Origin: Eledone cirrhosa
Lineage: Eukaryota
DNA length: 64,000 bases
Reading direction: 5' to 3'
Assembly (NCBI GenBank): GCA_964016885.1
Contig: OZ024743.1
Span: forward strand, 178,188,001 to 178,252,000
Translations under genes and position numbers: made by a program
In this document: positions 12,738 to 26,168 of the stretch, one piece after another
Layout of the letters: each line of letters starts with the position of its first letter
Position numbering within the stretch: position 1 is the first letter of the stretch
The notes under the pieces: model-generated
Told to the model about the DNA's origin: nothing
The model's input: only the letters and a program-made list of their open reading frames with translations
The model's database searches: none

Positions 12738-13645
12738 ATAAATGAAAGGTATAGAAATTGTTTTAGCGAGAAGTTAACAGTATTCCATAACATATATGCG
12801 ACTATGTCGTCAAGATGGGAAAAATAGTTAACGTAAGATGTAGGAAAAATAGTTCAAACTCATCTCAAAAGAGCATCAGGATACAAATTTATCCACAGAA
12901 TTTAGTGAAATCAAGGGAAAAATCAATAGACCCTTAACTCATGATAAAATAAAGTTTAAAATACTTATCCTTCAATTTGGAAAAATATCAAATGCTCTGT
13001 ATAGTCTTAAAGACTATTTCATGAAAACTTTCAGTGGAGATGGTCACGGTTGGATTTCAATCGTCAGCAGAGCTCAACAGATAACCAGGGCTCCCACAGA
13101 ATTATAAGCCAAAAAGGGAATTCTAAAACTGGCTAGTTCACCATCATGCGTGATTATGAAAAACGCACATGAGGAAAAACACGGCTAGTGACGTCAGGAT
13201 GAAAATGAATGTTTGTTTACAAGAAACAACAGTCAAATACATTCCGAAAAAAAACTCTAAAAAAGGAGTTCAGCAAACAGCAATATTATCGCAGTTTTTA
13301 TTAAAAAAACCGGGATTAGTCACAGATAATTTAAGCACTGAAGGAAAAGAATCCGAGTATAAATATAAATGAAAGGTATAGAAATTGTTTTAGCAAGAAG
13401 CTAATAGTATTCCATAATATATATGCGACTATGTCGTCAAGATGGGGAAAATAGTTAACGTAAGATGTAGGAAAAATAATTCAAACTCATCTCAAGGGAG
13501 AATCAGGATATAAATTCATCCACAGAATTTAGTGAAATCCAGGGAAAAAATCAATAGACCCTTAACTCATGATAAAATAAAGTTTAAAATACTTATCCTT
13601 CAATTTGGAAAAACATCAAATGCTCTGTATAGTCTTAAAGACTAT
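12738..13645. repeat. ~280-bp direct repeat (12738-13017 / 13364-13645), partial head-to-tail duplication; possible Penelope pseudo-LTR remnant (mirror ~23711-24618)
   Basis: AAATGAAAGGTATAGAAATTG...GTCTTAAAGACTA occurs twice. The minus strand has a degenerate hammerhead-like TTGACGA-CATA...TATG-GAAT. Confidence 0.6.
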
Positions 13646-14570
13646 ATATATATAGTTATGTTCTTAATTGTAATACACTTTAGTATTGTATCTGAATAAT
13701 ATTTTGAATAAATAATGTTCTGCAAAATATAGATTTTAGTTTGTATAAACGATATTTGAGAGAAAGAATGTGTTTGTGTGTGCTGGTGGTAGTGAGGGTA
13801 CATGTATGTAGTGGGGAAGAGTCTCTATATGTGGGGAAATATGTGGTGGGAGAGAATATGTGTGGTGGGAAAGAGTGAAAGAAGAAAAAACCCCAGTACA
13901 GGACTGGTACGTCATATATTATTATAAACCATGAATAGATGAAAGGCAAAATTATTTTAGCAGGAATTGAGCTGCGACTGCAGATATCCTGAATGAATAC
14001 TAGTAGGCAACTTTCATGATCAAACAATTCTCTAAATACGTTGTCTTGGGAGTTATGTTAAAAGTTCAATTGTTAAAAATGAGTGTTTGAAAAAAAAAGA
14101 AAGATTTTTTAAACATATAAATACTAAAACATGACAGACATTTGTGTCTGTCTGTCATAGCTTATGAAACATTGATTTTTTTTTCAACACCATCTTATCA
14201 ATTTTAATTAATTGAGTAATTTTTTTTTTTTGTGTGGTGTGTTTTGATTTGTTTAGATTGGTTGAATGTTATTGTTGGGTAGCATTGTCATCATCATTAT
14301 CATCATCATATGTCCATTTTCCACTCTAGCATGGGTTAGAGAAGTTGTCTTTTCGGGACCAATGGTTTGATTTAAAAAATATATCTGAAGTCTTAGGGAA
14401 AGAATCGAAATTTAAGAAAAACATAAAACAATTAAGCTAATCATTTGGTCCAACAATTCCCTAGAAAATTAATAGAAACCCAAATAGTTAGAATCAGTAG
14501 TTGTACTAAATTTATAGCTTACTGTATTATTCATTCATACATATATATGCACACACACACACACACACAT

Positions 14571-16651
14571 ATGTGGGAGAAAGACAGTCTCCCCCATATC
14601 GACCCAATAGAGGGACCAGCAGTGTTAGTCGAGGGGAGTATAATAAGTAAGGCAATCAAGATATGAAGACGGGTAAGGCGGCTGGGCCTTCGGAAATAGT
14701 TGCTGAGATGCTGAAGGCATCTGGCACGGTGGGACACACCATGGTCACCCGCATAGTTAACCAAGTCGTACAGAATGGGGTTGTTCCGAAGGACTGGCAT
14801 AGCAGCATCATCGTTAACTGTTATAAGAGTAAAGGAGACGCCCTAGATAAGAGTAACTATAGAGGCATTAAATTAATCGACCAGGTCATGAAGGTCACGG
14901 AAAAAGTAATAGCGCAACTAATCAGAGAGAGAATTGACCTAGATGAAATGCAGTTCGGGTTTGTGTCAGGCAAAAGTACCACAGACGCTCTTTTCATAGT
15001 ACGACAACTACAGGAGAAGTACCTAGCTAAAGGTAAACCCGTCTACTTAGCTTTTGTTGACTCGGAGAAAGCCTTCGACAGAGTCCCCCGCTCCATTATC
15101 TGGTGGGCTCTTAGAAAACTAGGCGTTGACGAATGGCTTGTGAGGGCTATACAAGCCATGTATAAAGAAACAGTCAGCAAGGTTAGAATTAACAACGAAT
15201 ATAGTGAAGAGTTTAGCGTAAAAGTTGGCGTTCATCAGGGCTCTGTTCTCAGCCCCCTACTATTTATTATTGCCCTTCAGGCTATAACAGAGGAGTTCAA
15301 GACCGGCTGCCCATGGGAACTCCTATACACAGACGACCTGACACTCATAGCGGAATCAATGGCCGAGCTAGAGAAGAAATTCCAAACATGGAAGCACGGC
15401 CTAGAGTCAAAAGGACTTAAAATTAACCTGGCTAAGACTAAAGTTCTAGTTTGTAGGAAAGAAAACAAGGCGGCGGTCCCTTCTGGGAAATGGTCGTGCT
15501 CGGTGTGTAGGAAAGGCGTAGGTAGAAACTCCATTTTATGTCCTAAATGCAAAGTATGGGTGCATAAAAGATGTAGTGGGATCACAGGTAAGCTAACTAA
15601 GAACATAGATTTTACATGTGGCCGGTGTTCTGGTGCAATAAGTAGCAGCAAGTGCCCACAAAATACTAGCTCTTTCAATTGCGCAGAGGGTTCTATAGAA
15701 ATAGTGGACAGCTTCCGTTACCCGGGCGATAAAATCAGCAGTGGGGGAGGGTGCTCTGAAAGTACAGTAGCTAGAGTCAGAACTGGTTGGAAAAAGTTCA
15801 GAGAGCGTATACCACTATTAGCTGCTAAAGGGTTCTCCCTAAAAATGAAAGGCAGGTTGTACGATGCCTGCATACGAACAGCAATGTTGCATGGCAGTGA
15901 GACCTGGGCATTGTGTGCAGAGGATATACGCAGACTAGAGAGGAACGAAGATTGCATGCTCCGCTGGATGTGTAACAGTAATATACGTGAACGGCAAAGC
16001 ATAAACGAACTAAGGAAAAAATTAGAGATAAGAGGGATCAGATGTTGTTTACTCGAGAGAAGGCTACGTTGGTATGGACACCTGATGCGCATGAAAGTCG
16101 ATAGCTGTATAACAAAGTGCAGGGCAATAAAGATAGACGGTAGCCACGGAATAGGCAGACCTAGAAAAACCTGGGACGAGCTGATAAACTCCGACCTCAC
16201 ACACTTACACCTCTCCAAGACAATGTCACTGGACCAAGACCTTTGGTGGTACTCAGTAACAGAGAAGACCCGCCTTGCCAGTAGGCATCTCTAACAAAAT
16301 ACACCCCGTCCCACCCCCACCACCCCATCCACACCACCCCGTTCTATGTAAAGTTATGTTGGTGCCGCGCCATCCAGGCCGAAACAAATGAGATCGTGTA
16401 GGTGTCACGACAAAAAAAACACACAGTCCACGCTGTAATGTGGCCGTGTAGGCAACACGGTAAAAACCTCCCAGACCCACACTGTAAATGTGGTTGGTGT
16501 TAGGAAGGGCATCCAACTGTAGAAAACCTGCCAGACAGTCCTATGCGAGCAAGACAATCACTCTTGCCTCAAGTGGGACTACCCGCGTCCAAACCCATGC
16601 AAGCGTGGAACACGGACGTTAAACGTTGATGATGATGATGATGATGATGAT
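14571..16651 (+). mobile_element. Young 5'-truncated RTE LINE with open 543-aa RT frame (YTDD) and PHD-like zinc finger
   Basis: ORF 14663..16294 has a full set of RT motifs. No endonuclease domain. 3' UTR and (GAT)n tail. Confidence 0.95.
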
Positions 16652-16785
16652 ATATATATATATAAGTTTATATATACAAGCACACACACATACACAAGAA
16701 GACTGTCTCTTATTCATATTCCCAGTGCTTAGCCCCAAACACTACAAGCAATAAAACCTGACACATATATATGTATATAGATACA

Positions 16786-16817
<32 letters not shown>

Positions 16818-17396
16818 CTTACACATACACACATATTTCTGGGTTCAGTCATTTATTCTAAGTAAATAAAAAGATTTCTATAAGTGACTGCTGAGCAAAG
16901 AATTTTACTTGAGGGTGGTGGAATTTGCAACAATAGCCATGACATATATATATAAAATCAGCATATAGAGAGAAGTACACAGAGATATGTCTATAATCAT
17001 AGATTTAAAACCACCAGTGTGAAGAACATATTAACTATGGAAAGAATGGTAAATACAAATCAATTAAAAAAACATACTAAAGCGTACTAACTATAACATC
17101 CATGTATATTATTATAGTTTAGAATAACTTCAACAAAATCTTAATGTTTTTATGATGTAATTAACCCCCTAAGATATAAAAAAATTATTTTCTATATATA
17201 ATCATAAAGTCCTCATGCAAGAATAAAAGATTTTTAAAAAATTATTTAAGAATTTGTTTAATCAATTATATTCATTCATCTATAACAGATTTTCCCAAAC
17301 TGCGTGATATCTCCCACTGCCAAATGGGCAATGAGCAACTGAACAGAAAATTGTGGGCATTTGGAAATGTTGGTTGATGATATAGGATTTTGTGTA

Positions 17397-17423
17397 TTAA
17401 GAAGGTATTTCAACATGTGCTAC
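17397..17423 (-). CDS. Candidate terminal coding exon B of the 6-Cys TM gene (VAHVEIPS*); inverted copy at 19930-19956
   Basis: Strong acceptor ATATTTTCTTTTCAG|GTA. Phase 0 matches exon 4. AT-rich putative 3' UTR with AATAAA near 16855. Confidence 0.35.
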   Translation of the reverse strand, partial: VAHVEIPS

Positions 17424-18274
17424 CTGAAAAGAAAATATTCAAAGGAGATATTTAAAGAAGCTGTATAAAAAAGAAAACCAGGAGGCTAAATGGGAAAAAC
17501 GAATCTGTAACAAACATTTTTGGTATATTTTTCAATATTTACTGTACAGGTGGGTAGTGGAAAATATAAAGGTGGGCAATGATGCCAAAAAGAGGTTAGG
17601 AACCCTTGATCTATAATAAGAATTTAGATAAATAATGAATTTTATAATTATTACATGTGGGAGCAATTAGATATTTTTAAAGTAAAATTTAACATTCAAC
17701 ACTGATAATAGAGGAGTAAGGTTTTAACATTTTTTTAAATGTTTACAAAGACTTAAAATTTCAAATTTCAGAAGGAAATTTTCAAACAACTCAAACCAAC
17801 TAGAGAATTAATTTATAGAGAATTTTAAAAAATGTTAATTCCCTAAATGAGAAAAAGTGCATTATGTAGGATCATCAACCATTATAGAGAAAGAAAGAAA
17901 TCTGGGCAAGAAACAATAGTTTCCTGTTAAATGATTATCATCCATTCTTTAAAAAAAAGAATAAAGTAAAAGTGAAAATAAAAATAACAAATGAAATATA
18001 AAAATATGAAAATAGTGAGTCAGAATATTGTAGACACAAGGAGTATTTTAAGAATTTTTAATTGATTAATTAATCCAATAAATGAAAGAATTAGATAATT
18101 CAAAACTATTAAATCAGATCTAATTATTTCCAGAGCTTCCATAGATTCACAGCTTTGTAAGTACTGATAGCATTAATTATAAAACACTGTAAGCAATATT
18201 CAATATTGGAATTCTGTTAGTATTAACATATTCTTCCATTGGCTAATCTAAAGTTTCAATCTGGCTCTCTGCTT

Positions 18275-18347
18275 TCTTTGAAATCAAATCCTGCCAAGGT
18301 CAACTTTGCCTTTCCTCCATTCCAGGTTGATAAAAAGAAGTATCAGT
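18275..18347 (+). mobile_element. Degenerate SINE fragment spanning the inner end of the left arm
   Basis: TCAAATCCTGCCAAGGTCAACTTTGCCTTTCCTCC...GATAAAAAGAAGTATCAG. Confidence 0.7.
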
Positions 18348-18958
18348 TTAGATCGGGAGGGGTGAGGTGTTCAATTCTTCCTCACTTCCGTTCCTTCCTT
18401 GGCTGGACGAAATCTGGTGTAATCAGATCTGTAGAGGGATGGGCACTTTAGCCCTCAAACCATCCATATCCAGCCAGAATTCTCTCACCTTTTTTCTGTT
18501 CAAACCAGCCATAACTGGCAGCTCATACTAATGTTAAGGTATTGTTTTCAAAAGAAATAAGATCAAAATCTCATAGCTTTGATATTATCTAAGATAAAGC
18601 CTTTACCATAAAAGTACAATAGTATACATAACCTAAATGCTAAAGTGCTGGTGTCCAAGAAACACTGTATGCCACTATAATGCTCCTACAACTCCAAGAG
18701 TTACAGGACCATACCATACTAAATAGGCGTTGATTTCCATCAGATACATATTGATTTATCAGCTTAACCATGTAATCCTTCCTCTTTTCTTTATATTATT
18801 GTACATTCCAAGTTTTTGAGGAATAAGGTTTTAAAAGCAGTTTTCTTTTTAAATGTATTCTTTTTTTTTATCATTCTAATTAGATCTCAGAAGTTTGGAA
18901 ACAATGGATTATGTGGTAGATTTCTGCATCTTAAAACCAAATTTTGGGTATTATTTTC

Positions 18959-19004
18959 AATATCGGTAGAGGGTCGGACGCCATGCTTTCCAGCATAGTT
19001 ACGT
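18959..19004 (+). mobile_element. 5' half of the split SINE
   Basis: TATCGGTAGAGGGTCGGACGCCATGCTTTCCAGCATAGTTACGT matches the 5' region of the SINE at 38885-39070. Preceded by ATTATTTTC. Confidence 0.8.
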
Positions 19005-19037
19005 TGAAAGGGACGTAACTATGCTGGAAAGCATGGC
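18980..19037. repeat. Perfect 25-bp-stem, 8-nt-loop hairpin at the palindrome junction
   Basis: GCCATGCTTTCCAGCATAGTTACGT-tgaaaggg-ACGTAACTATGCTGGAAAGCATGGC. Confidence 0.95.
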
Positions 19038-20534
19038 TGGAAAGCAAAGTTGACCTTGGCAGGATTTGATTTCAAAGAAAGCAGAGAGCCAGATTGAAAC
19101 TTTAGATTAGCCAATGGAAGAATATGTTAATACTAACAGAATTCCAATATTGAATATTGCTTACAGTGTTTTATAATTAATGCTATCAGTACTTACAAAG
19201 CTGTGAATCTATGGAAGCTCTGGAAATAATTAGATCTGATTTAATAGTTTTGAATTATCTAATTCTTTCATTTATTGGATTAATTAATCAATTAAAAATT
19301 CTTAAAATACTCCTTGTGTCTACAATATTCTGACTCACTATTTTCATATTTTTATATTTCATTTGTTATTTTTATTTTCATTTTTACTTTATTCTTTTTT
19401 TTAAAGAATGGATGATAATCATTTAACAGGAAACTATTGTTTCTTGCCCAGATTTCTTTCTTTCTCTATAATGGTTGATGATCCTACATAATGCACTTTT
19501 TCTCATTTAGGGAATTAACATTTTTTAAAATTCTCTATAAATTAATTCTCTAGTTGGTTTGAGTTGTTTGAAAATTTCCTTCTGAAATTTGAAATTTTAA
19601 GTCTTTGTAAACATTTAAAAAAATGTTAAAACCTTACTCCTCTATTATCAGTGTTGAATGTTAAATTTTACTTTAAAAATATCTAATTGCTCCCACATGT
19701 AATAATTATAAAATTCATTATTTATCTAAATTCTTATTATAGATCAAGGGTTCCTAACCTCTTTTTGGCATCATTGCCCACCTTTATATTTTCCACTACC
19801 CACCTGTACAGTAAATATTGAAAAATATACCAAAAATGTTTGTTACAGATTCGTTTTTCCCATTTAGCCTCCTGGTTTTCTTTTTTATACAGCTTCTTTA
19901 AATATCTCCTTTGAATATTTTCTTTTCAGGTAGCACATGTTGAAATACCTTCTTAATACACAAAATCCTATATCATCAACCAACATTTCCAAATGCCCAC
20001 AATTTTCTGTTCAGTTGCTCATTGCCCATTTGGCAGTGGGAGATATCACCCAGTTTGGGAAAATCTGTTATAGATGAATGAATATAATTGATTAAACAAA
20101 TTCTTAAATAATTTTTTAAAAATCTTTTATTCTTGCATGAGGACTTTATGATTATATATAGAAAATAATTTTTTTATATCTTAGGGGGTTAATTACATCA
20201 TAAAAACATTAAGATTTTGTTGAAGTTATTCTAAACTATAATAATATACATGGATGTTATAGTTAGTACGCTTTAGTATGTTTTTTTAATTGATTTGTAT
20301 TTACCATTCTTTCCATAGTTAATATGTTCTTCACACTGGTGGTTTTAAATCTATGATTATAGACATATCTCTGTGTACTTCTCTCTATATGCTGATTTTA
20401 TATATATATGTCATGGCTATTGTTGCAAATTCCACCACCCTCAAGTAAAATTCTTTGCTCAGCAGTCACTTATAGAAATCTTTTTATTTACTTAGAATAA
20501 ATGACTGAACCCAGAAATATGTGTGTATGTGTAA

Positions 20535-20571
<37 letters not shown>

Positions 20572-20705
20572 TGTATCTATATACATATATATGTGTCAGG
20601 TTTTATTGCTTGTAGTGTTTGGGGCTAAGCACTGGGAATATGAATAAGAGACAGTCTTCTTGTGTATGTGTGTGTGCTTGTATATATAAACTTATATATA
20701 TATAT

Positions 20706-22786
20706 ATCATCATCATCATCATCATCATCAACGTTTAACGTCCGTGTTCCACGCTTGCATGGGTTTGGACGCGGGTAGTCCCACTTGAGGCAAGAGTGAT
20801 TGTCTTGCTCGCATAGGACTGTCTGGCAGGTTTTCTACAGTTGGATGCCCTTCCTAACACCAACCACATTTACAGTGTGGGTCTGGGAGGTTTTTACCGT
20901 GTTGCCTACACGGCCACATTACAGCGTGGACTGTGTGTTTTTTTTGTCGTGACACCTACACGATCTCATTTGTTTCGGCCTGGATGGCGCGGCACCAACA
21001 TAACTTTACATAGAACGGGGTGGTGTGGATGGGGTGGTGGGGGTGGGACGGGGTGTATTTTGTTAGAGATGCCTACTGGCAAGGCGGGTCTTCTCTGTTA
21101 CTGAGTACCACCAAAGGTCTTGGTCCAGTGACATTGTCTTGGAGAGGTGTAAGTGTGTGAGGTCGGAGTTTATCAGCTCGTCCCAGGTTTTTCTAGGTCT
21201 GCCTATTCCGTGGCTACCGTCTATCTTTATTGCCCTGCACTTTGTTATACAGCTATCGACTTTCATGCGCATCACGTGTCCATACCAACGTAGCCTTCTC
21301 TCGAGTAAACAACATCTGATCCCTCTTATCTCTAATTTTTTCCTTAGTTCGTTTATGCTTTGCCGTTCACGTATATTACTGTTACACATCCAGCGGAGCA
21401 TGCAATCTTCGTTCCTCTCTAGTCTGCGTATATCCTCTGCACACAATGCCCAGGTCTCACTGCCATGCAACATTGCTGTTCGTATGCAGGCATCGTACAA
21501 CCTGCCTTTCATTTTTAGGGAGAACCCTTTAGCAGCTAATAGTGGTATAAGCTCTCTGAACTTTTTCCAACCAGTTCTGACTCTAGCTACTGTACTTTCA
21601 GAGCACCCTCCCCCACTGCTGATTTTATCGCCCGGGTAACGGAAGCTGTCCACTATTTCTATAGAACCCTCTGCGCAATTGAAAGAGCTAGTATTTTGTG
21701 GGCACTTGCTGCTACTTATTGCACCAGAACACCGGCCACATGTAAAATCTATGTTCTTAGTTAGCTTACCTGTGATCCCACTACATCTTTTATGCACCCA
21801 TACTTTGCATTTAGGACATAAAATGGAGTTTCTACCTACGCTTTTCCTACACACCGAGCACGACCATTTCCCAGAAGGGACCGCCGCCTTGTTTTCTTTC
21901 CTACAAACTAGAACTTTAGTCTTAGCCAGGTTAATTTTAAGTCCTTTTGACTCTAGGCCGTGCTTCCATGTTTGGAATTTCTTCTCTAGCTCGGCCATTG
22001 ATTCCGCTATGAGTGTCAGGTCGTCTGTGTATAGGAGTTCCCATGGGCAGCCGGTCTTGAACTCCTCTCTTATAGCCTGAAGGGCAATAATAAATAGTAG
22101 GGGGCTGAGAACAGAGCCCTGATGAACGCCAACTTTTACGCTAAACTCTTCACTATATTCGTTGTTAATTCTAACCTTGCTGACTGTTTCTTTATACATG
22201 GCTTGTATAGCCCTCACAAGCCATTCGTCAACGCCTAGTTTTCTAAGAGCCCACCAGATAATGGAGCGGGGGACTCTGTCGAAGGCTTTCTCCAAGTCAA
22301 CAAAAGCTAAGTAGACGGGTTTACCTTTAGCTAGGTACTTCTCCTGTAGTTGTCGTACTATGAAAAGAGCGTCTGTGGTACTTTTGCCTGACACAAACCC
22401 GAACTGCATTTCATCTAGGTCAATTCTCTCTCTGATTAGTTGCGCTATTACTTTTTCCGTGACCTTCATGACCTGGTCGATTAATTTAATGCCTCTATAG
22501 TTACTCTTATCTAGGGCGTCTCCTTTACCCTTATAACAGTTAACGATGATGCTGCTATGCCAGTCCTTCGGAACAACCCCATTCTGTACGACTTGGTTAA
22601 CTATGCGGGTGACCATGGTATGTCCCACCGTGCCAGATGCCTTCAGCATCTCAGCAACTATTTCCGAAGGCCCAGCCGCCTTACCCGTCTTCATATCTTG
22701 ATTGCCTTACTTATTATACTCCCCTCGACTAACACTGCTGGTCCCTCTATTGGGTCGATATGGGGGAGACTGTCTTTCTCCCACAT
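20706..22786 (-). mobile_element. Mirror RTE LINE
   Basis: ORF 21063..22694 differs from the left copy at 6 amino acids. Confidence 0.95.
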
Positions 22787-25121
22787 ATGTGTGTGTGTGT
22801 GTGTGTGCATATATATGTATGAATGAATAATACAGTAAGCTATAAATTTAGTACAACTACTGATTCTAACTATTTGGGTTTCTATTAATTTTCTAGGGAA
22901 TTGTTGGACCAAATGATTAGCTTAATTGTTTTATGTTTTTCTTAAATTTCGATTCTTTCCCTAAGACTTCAGATATATTTTTTAAATCAAACCATTGGTC
23001 CCGAAAAGACAACTTCTCTAACCCATGCTAGAGTGGAAAATGGACATATGATGATGATAATGATGATGACAATGCTACCCAACAATAACATTCAACCAAT
23101 CTAAACAAATCAAAACACACCACACAAAAAAAAAAATTACTCAATTAATTAAAATTGATAAGATGGTGTTGAAAAAAAAATCAATGTTTCATAAGCTATG
23201 ACAGACAGACACAAATGTCTGTCATGTTTTAGTATTTATATGTTTAAAAAATCTTTCTTTTTTTTTCAAACACTCATTTTTAACAATTGAACTTTTAACA
23301 TAACTCCCAAGACAACGTATTTAGAGAATTGTTTGATCATGAAAGTTGCCTACTAGTATTCATTCAGGATATCTGCAGTCGCAGCTCAATTCCTGCTAAA
23401 ATAATTTTGCCTTTCATCTATTCATGGTTTATAATAATATATGACGTACCAGTCCTGTACTGGGGTTTTTTCTTCTTTCACTCTTTCCCACCACACATAT
23501 TCTCTCCCACCACATATTTCCCCACATATAGAGACTCTTCCCCACTACATACATGTACCCTCACTACCACCAGCACACACAAACACATTCTTTCTCTCAA
23601 ATATCGTTTATACAAACTAAAATCTATATTTTGCAGAACATTATTTATTCAAAATATTATTCAGATACAATACTAAAGTGTATTACAATTAAGAACATAA
23701 CTATATATATATAGTCTTTAAGACTATACAGAGCATTTGATGTTTTTCCAAATTGAAGGATAAGTATTTTAAACTTTATTTTATCATGAGTTAAGGGTCT
23801 ATTGATTTTTTCCCTGGATTTCACTAAATTCTGTGGATGAATTTATATCCTGATTCTCCCTTGAGATGAGTTTGAATTATTTTTCCTACATCTTACGTTA
23901 ACTATTTTCCCCATCTTGACGACATAGTCGCATATATGTTATGGAATACTATTAGCTTCTTGCTAAAACAATTTCTATACCTTTCATTTATATTTATACT
24001 CGGATTCTTTTCCTTCAGTGCTTAAATTATCTGTGACTAATCCCGGTTTTTTTAATAAAAACTGCGATAATATTGCTGTTTGCTGAACTCCTTTTTTAGA
24101 GTTTTTTTTCGGAATGTATTTGACTGTTGTTTCTTGTAAACAAACATTCATTTTCATCCTGACGTCACTAGCCGTGTTTTTCCTCATGTGCGTTTTTCAT
24201 AATCACGCATGATGGTGAACTAGCCAGTTTTAGAATTCCCTTTTTGGCTTATAATTCTGTGGGAGCCCTGGTTATCTGTTGAGCTCTGCTGACGATTGAA
24301 ATCCAACCGTGACCATCTCCACTGAAAGTTTTCATGAAATAGTCTTTAAGACTATACAGAGCATTTGATATTTTTCCAAATTGAAGGATAAGTATTTTAA
24401 ACTTTATTTTATCATGAGTTAAGGGTCTATTGATTTTTCCCTTGATTTCACTAAATTCTGTGGATAAATTTGTATCCTGATGCTCTTTTGAGATGAGTTT
24501 GAACTATTTTTCCTACATCTTACGTTAACTATTTTTCCCATCTTGACGACATAGTCGCATATATGTTATGGAATACTGTTAACTTCTCGCTAAAACAATT
24601 TCTATACCTTTCATTTATATATATATATATATATATTCTCGTTCCATCTTAGGATACATTACTTACTTGCATTACACAACTTGGAGTGTAGCTTCCAGAT
24701 TTCTAGAAGCCTATTGAAGATATTTATTGATTAATATCTAATATCTATCAATCAGGTCCAGGTTCGTCTTTAACCTGTCTGTATTTTTTGTTGTAGTATT
24801 AAGGTGGCAACACACCTTTGGCCACATATTTCATTGTGTCATTATTACCTAACTTTACAGTCTGAGTTCAAATCCCGCCGAGGTTAACTTTGCCTTTCAT
24901 CCTTATGGGGTTGATAAAATAAAGTACCAGTAATGTACTGAGTAATTGCTGGCCTTGTGCCTAAAGTAGAAACAATTATTACCTAACTTATGTTGATTAC
25001 TCTGAGGATTAATTCATTGATTACTCTCTCATTGAGTGCTTTGTGAGAGTCTCCAAAAATCAATTGTGAACCTGCTACTCGCAGCTGCAACTTCAGTTAT
25101 ACTCATTATTATTATTATATA

Positions 25122-26168
25122 TCATCATCATCATCATCATCATCATCGTTTAACGTCCATATTCCACGCTTGCATGGGTTTGGACGGGGGTTTTCCCACT
25201 TGAGGCAAGAGTGGTTGTCTTGCTCGCATAGGACTGTCTGGCGGGTTTTCTACGGCTAGATGCCCTTCCTAACACCAACCACATTTACAGTGTGGGACTG
25301 GGAGGTTTTACCGTGTTGCCTACAAGGCCACATTACAGCGTGGACTGTGTGTTTTTTGTCGTGACACCTACACGACCTCATTTGTTTCGGCCTGGATGTT
25401 GTGACACCAACATAACTTTACAATGAAGGGGTGGTTTGGATGGGGTGGGGGTAGTGGGACGGGGTGTATTTTGTTAGAGGTGCCTACTGACTGTAGTAGG
25501 TTTCACTTTGTACTTAGGTAAGGTGGGTCTTCTCTATTACTGTGTAGCGGCAAAGCTCTCGGTCCAGTGACATTGTCTTGGAGAGGTGTAAGTGTGTGAG
25601 GTCGGAATTTATCAAGTCGTCCCAGGTTTTTCTGGGTCTGCCTACTCCGTGGCTACCGTCTATTTTTATTGCCCTGCACTTTTTTATACAGCTGTCGTCT
25701 TTTATCCGCATCACGTGACCATACCAACGTAGTCTTCTTTCGAGTAAACAACCTCTGATCCCTCTTATTTCTAATTTCTCCCTTAGTACGTTTATGCTTT
25801 GCCGTTCACGTATGTTACTATTACACATCCAGCGGAGCATGCAAGCTTCGTTTCTCTCCAATCTGCGTATATCCTCTGCACACAATGCCCAGGTCTCACT
25901 GCCATGTAACATTGCTGTTCGTATGCAGGCATCATACAGCCTGCCTTTCATTTTTAGAGAGAATCCTTTAGCGGCCAATAGTGGTATAAGCTCTCTGAAC
26001 TTTTTCCATCCCGTTCTGACCCTAGCTACTGTACTTTCAGAGCACCCTCCCCCACTGCTGATTTTATCACCCAGGTAACGGAAGCTGTCCACTATTTCTA
26101 TAGAACCATCTGTGCAATGGAATGAGTTAGTATTCTGTGGGCACTTGCTGCTACTTATTGCACCAGAA
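25122..26168 (-). mobile_element. Mirror RTE LINE 3' fragment
   Basis: ORF 25514..26092. Confidence 0.93.

Larger units (their letters stand above)
1788..18309. repeat. Left arm of giant inverted duplication (~16.5 kb)
   Basis: ORF pairs mirror each other with constant coordinate sums: 11264+26092=37356, 14663+22694=37357, and 4925+34186=39111 beyond the expanded satellite. Boundaries were read base by base. Confidence 0.97.
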
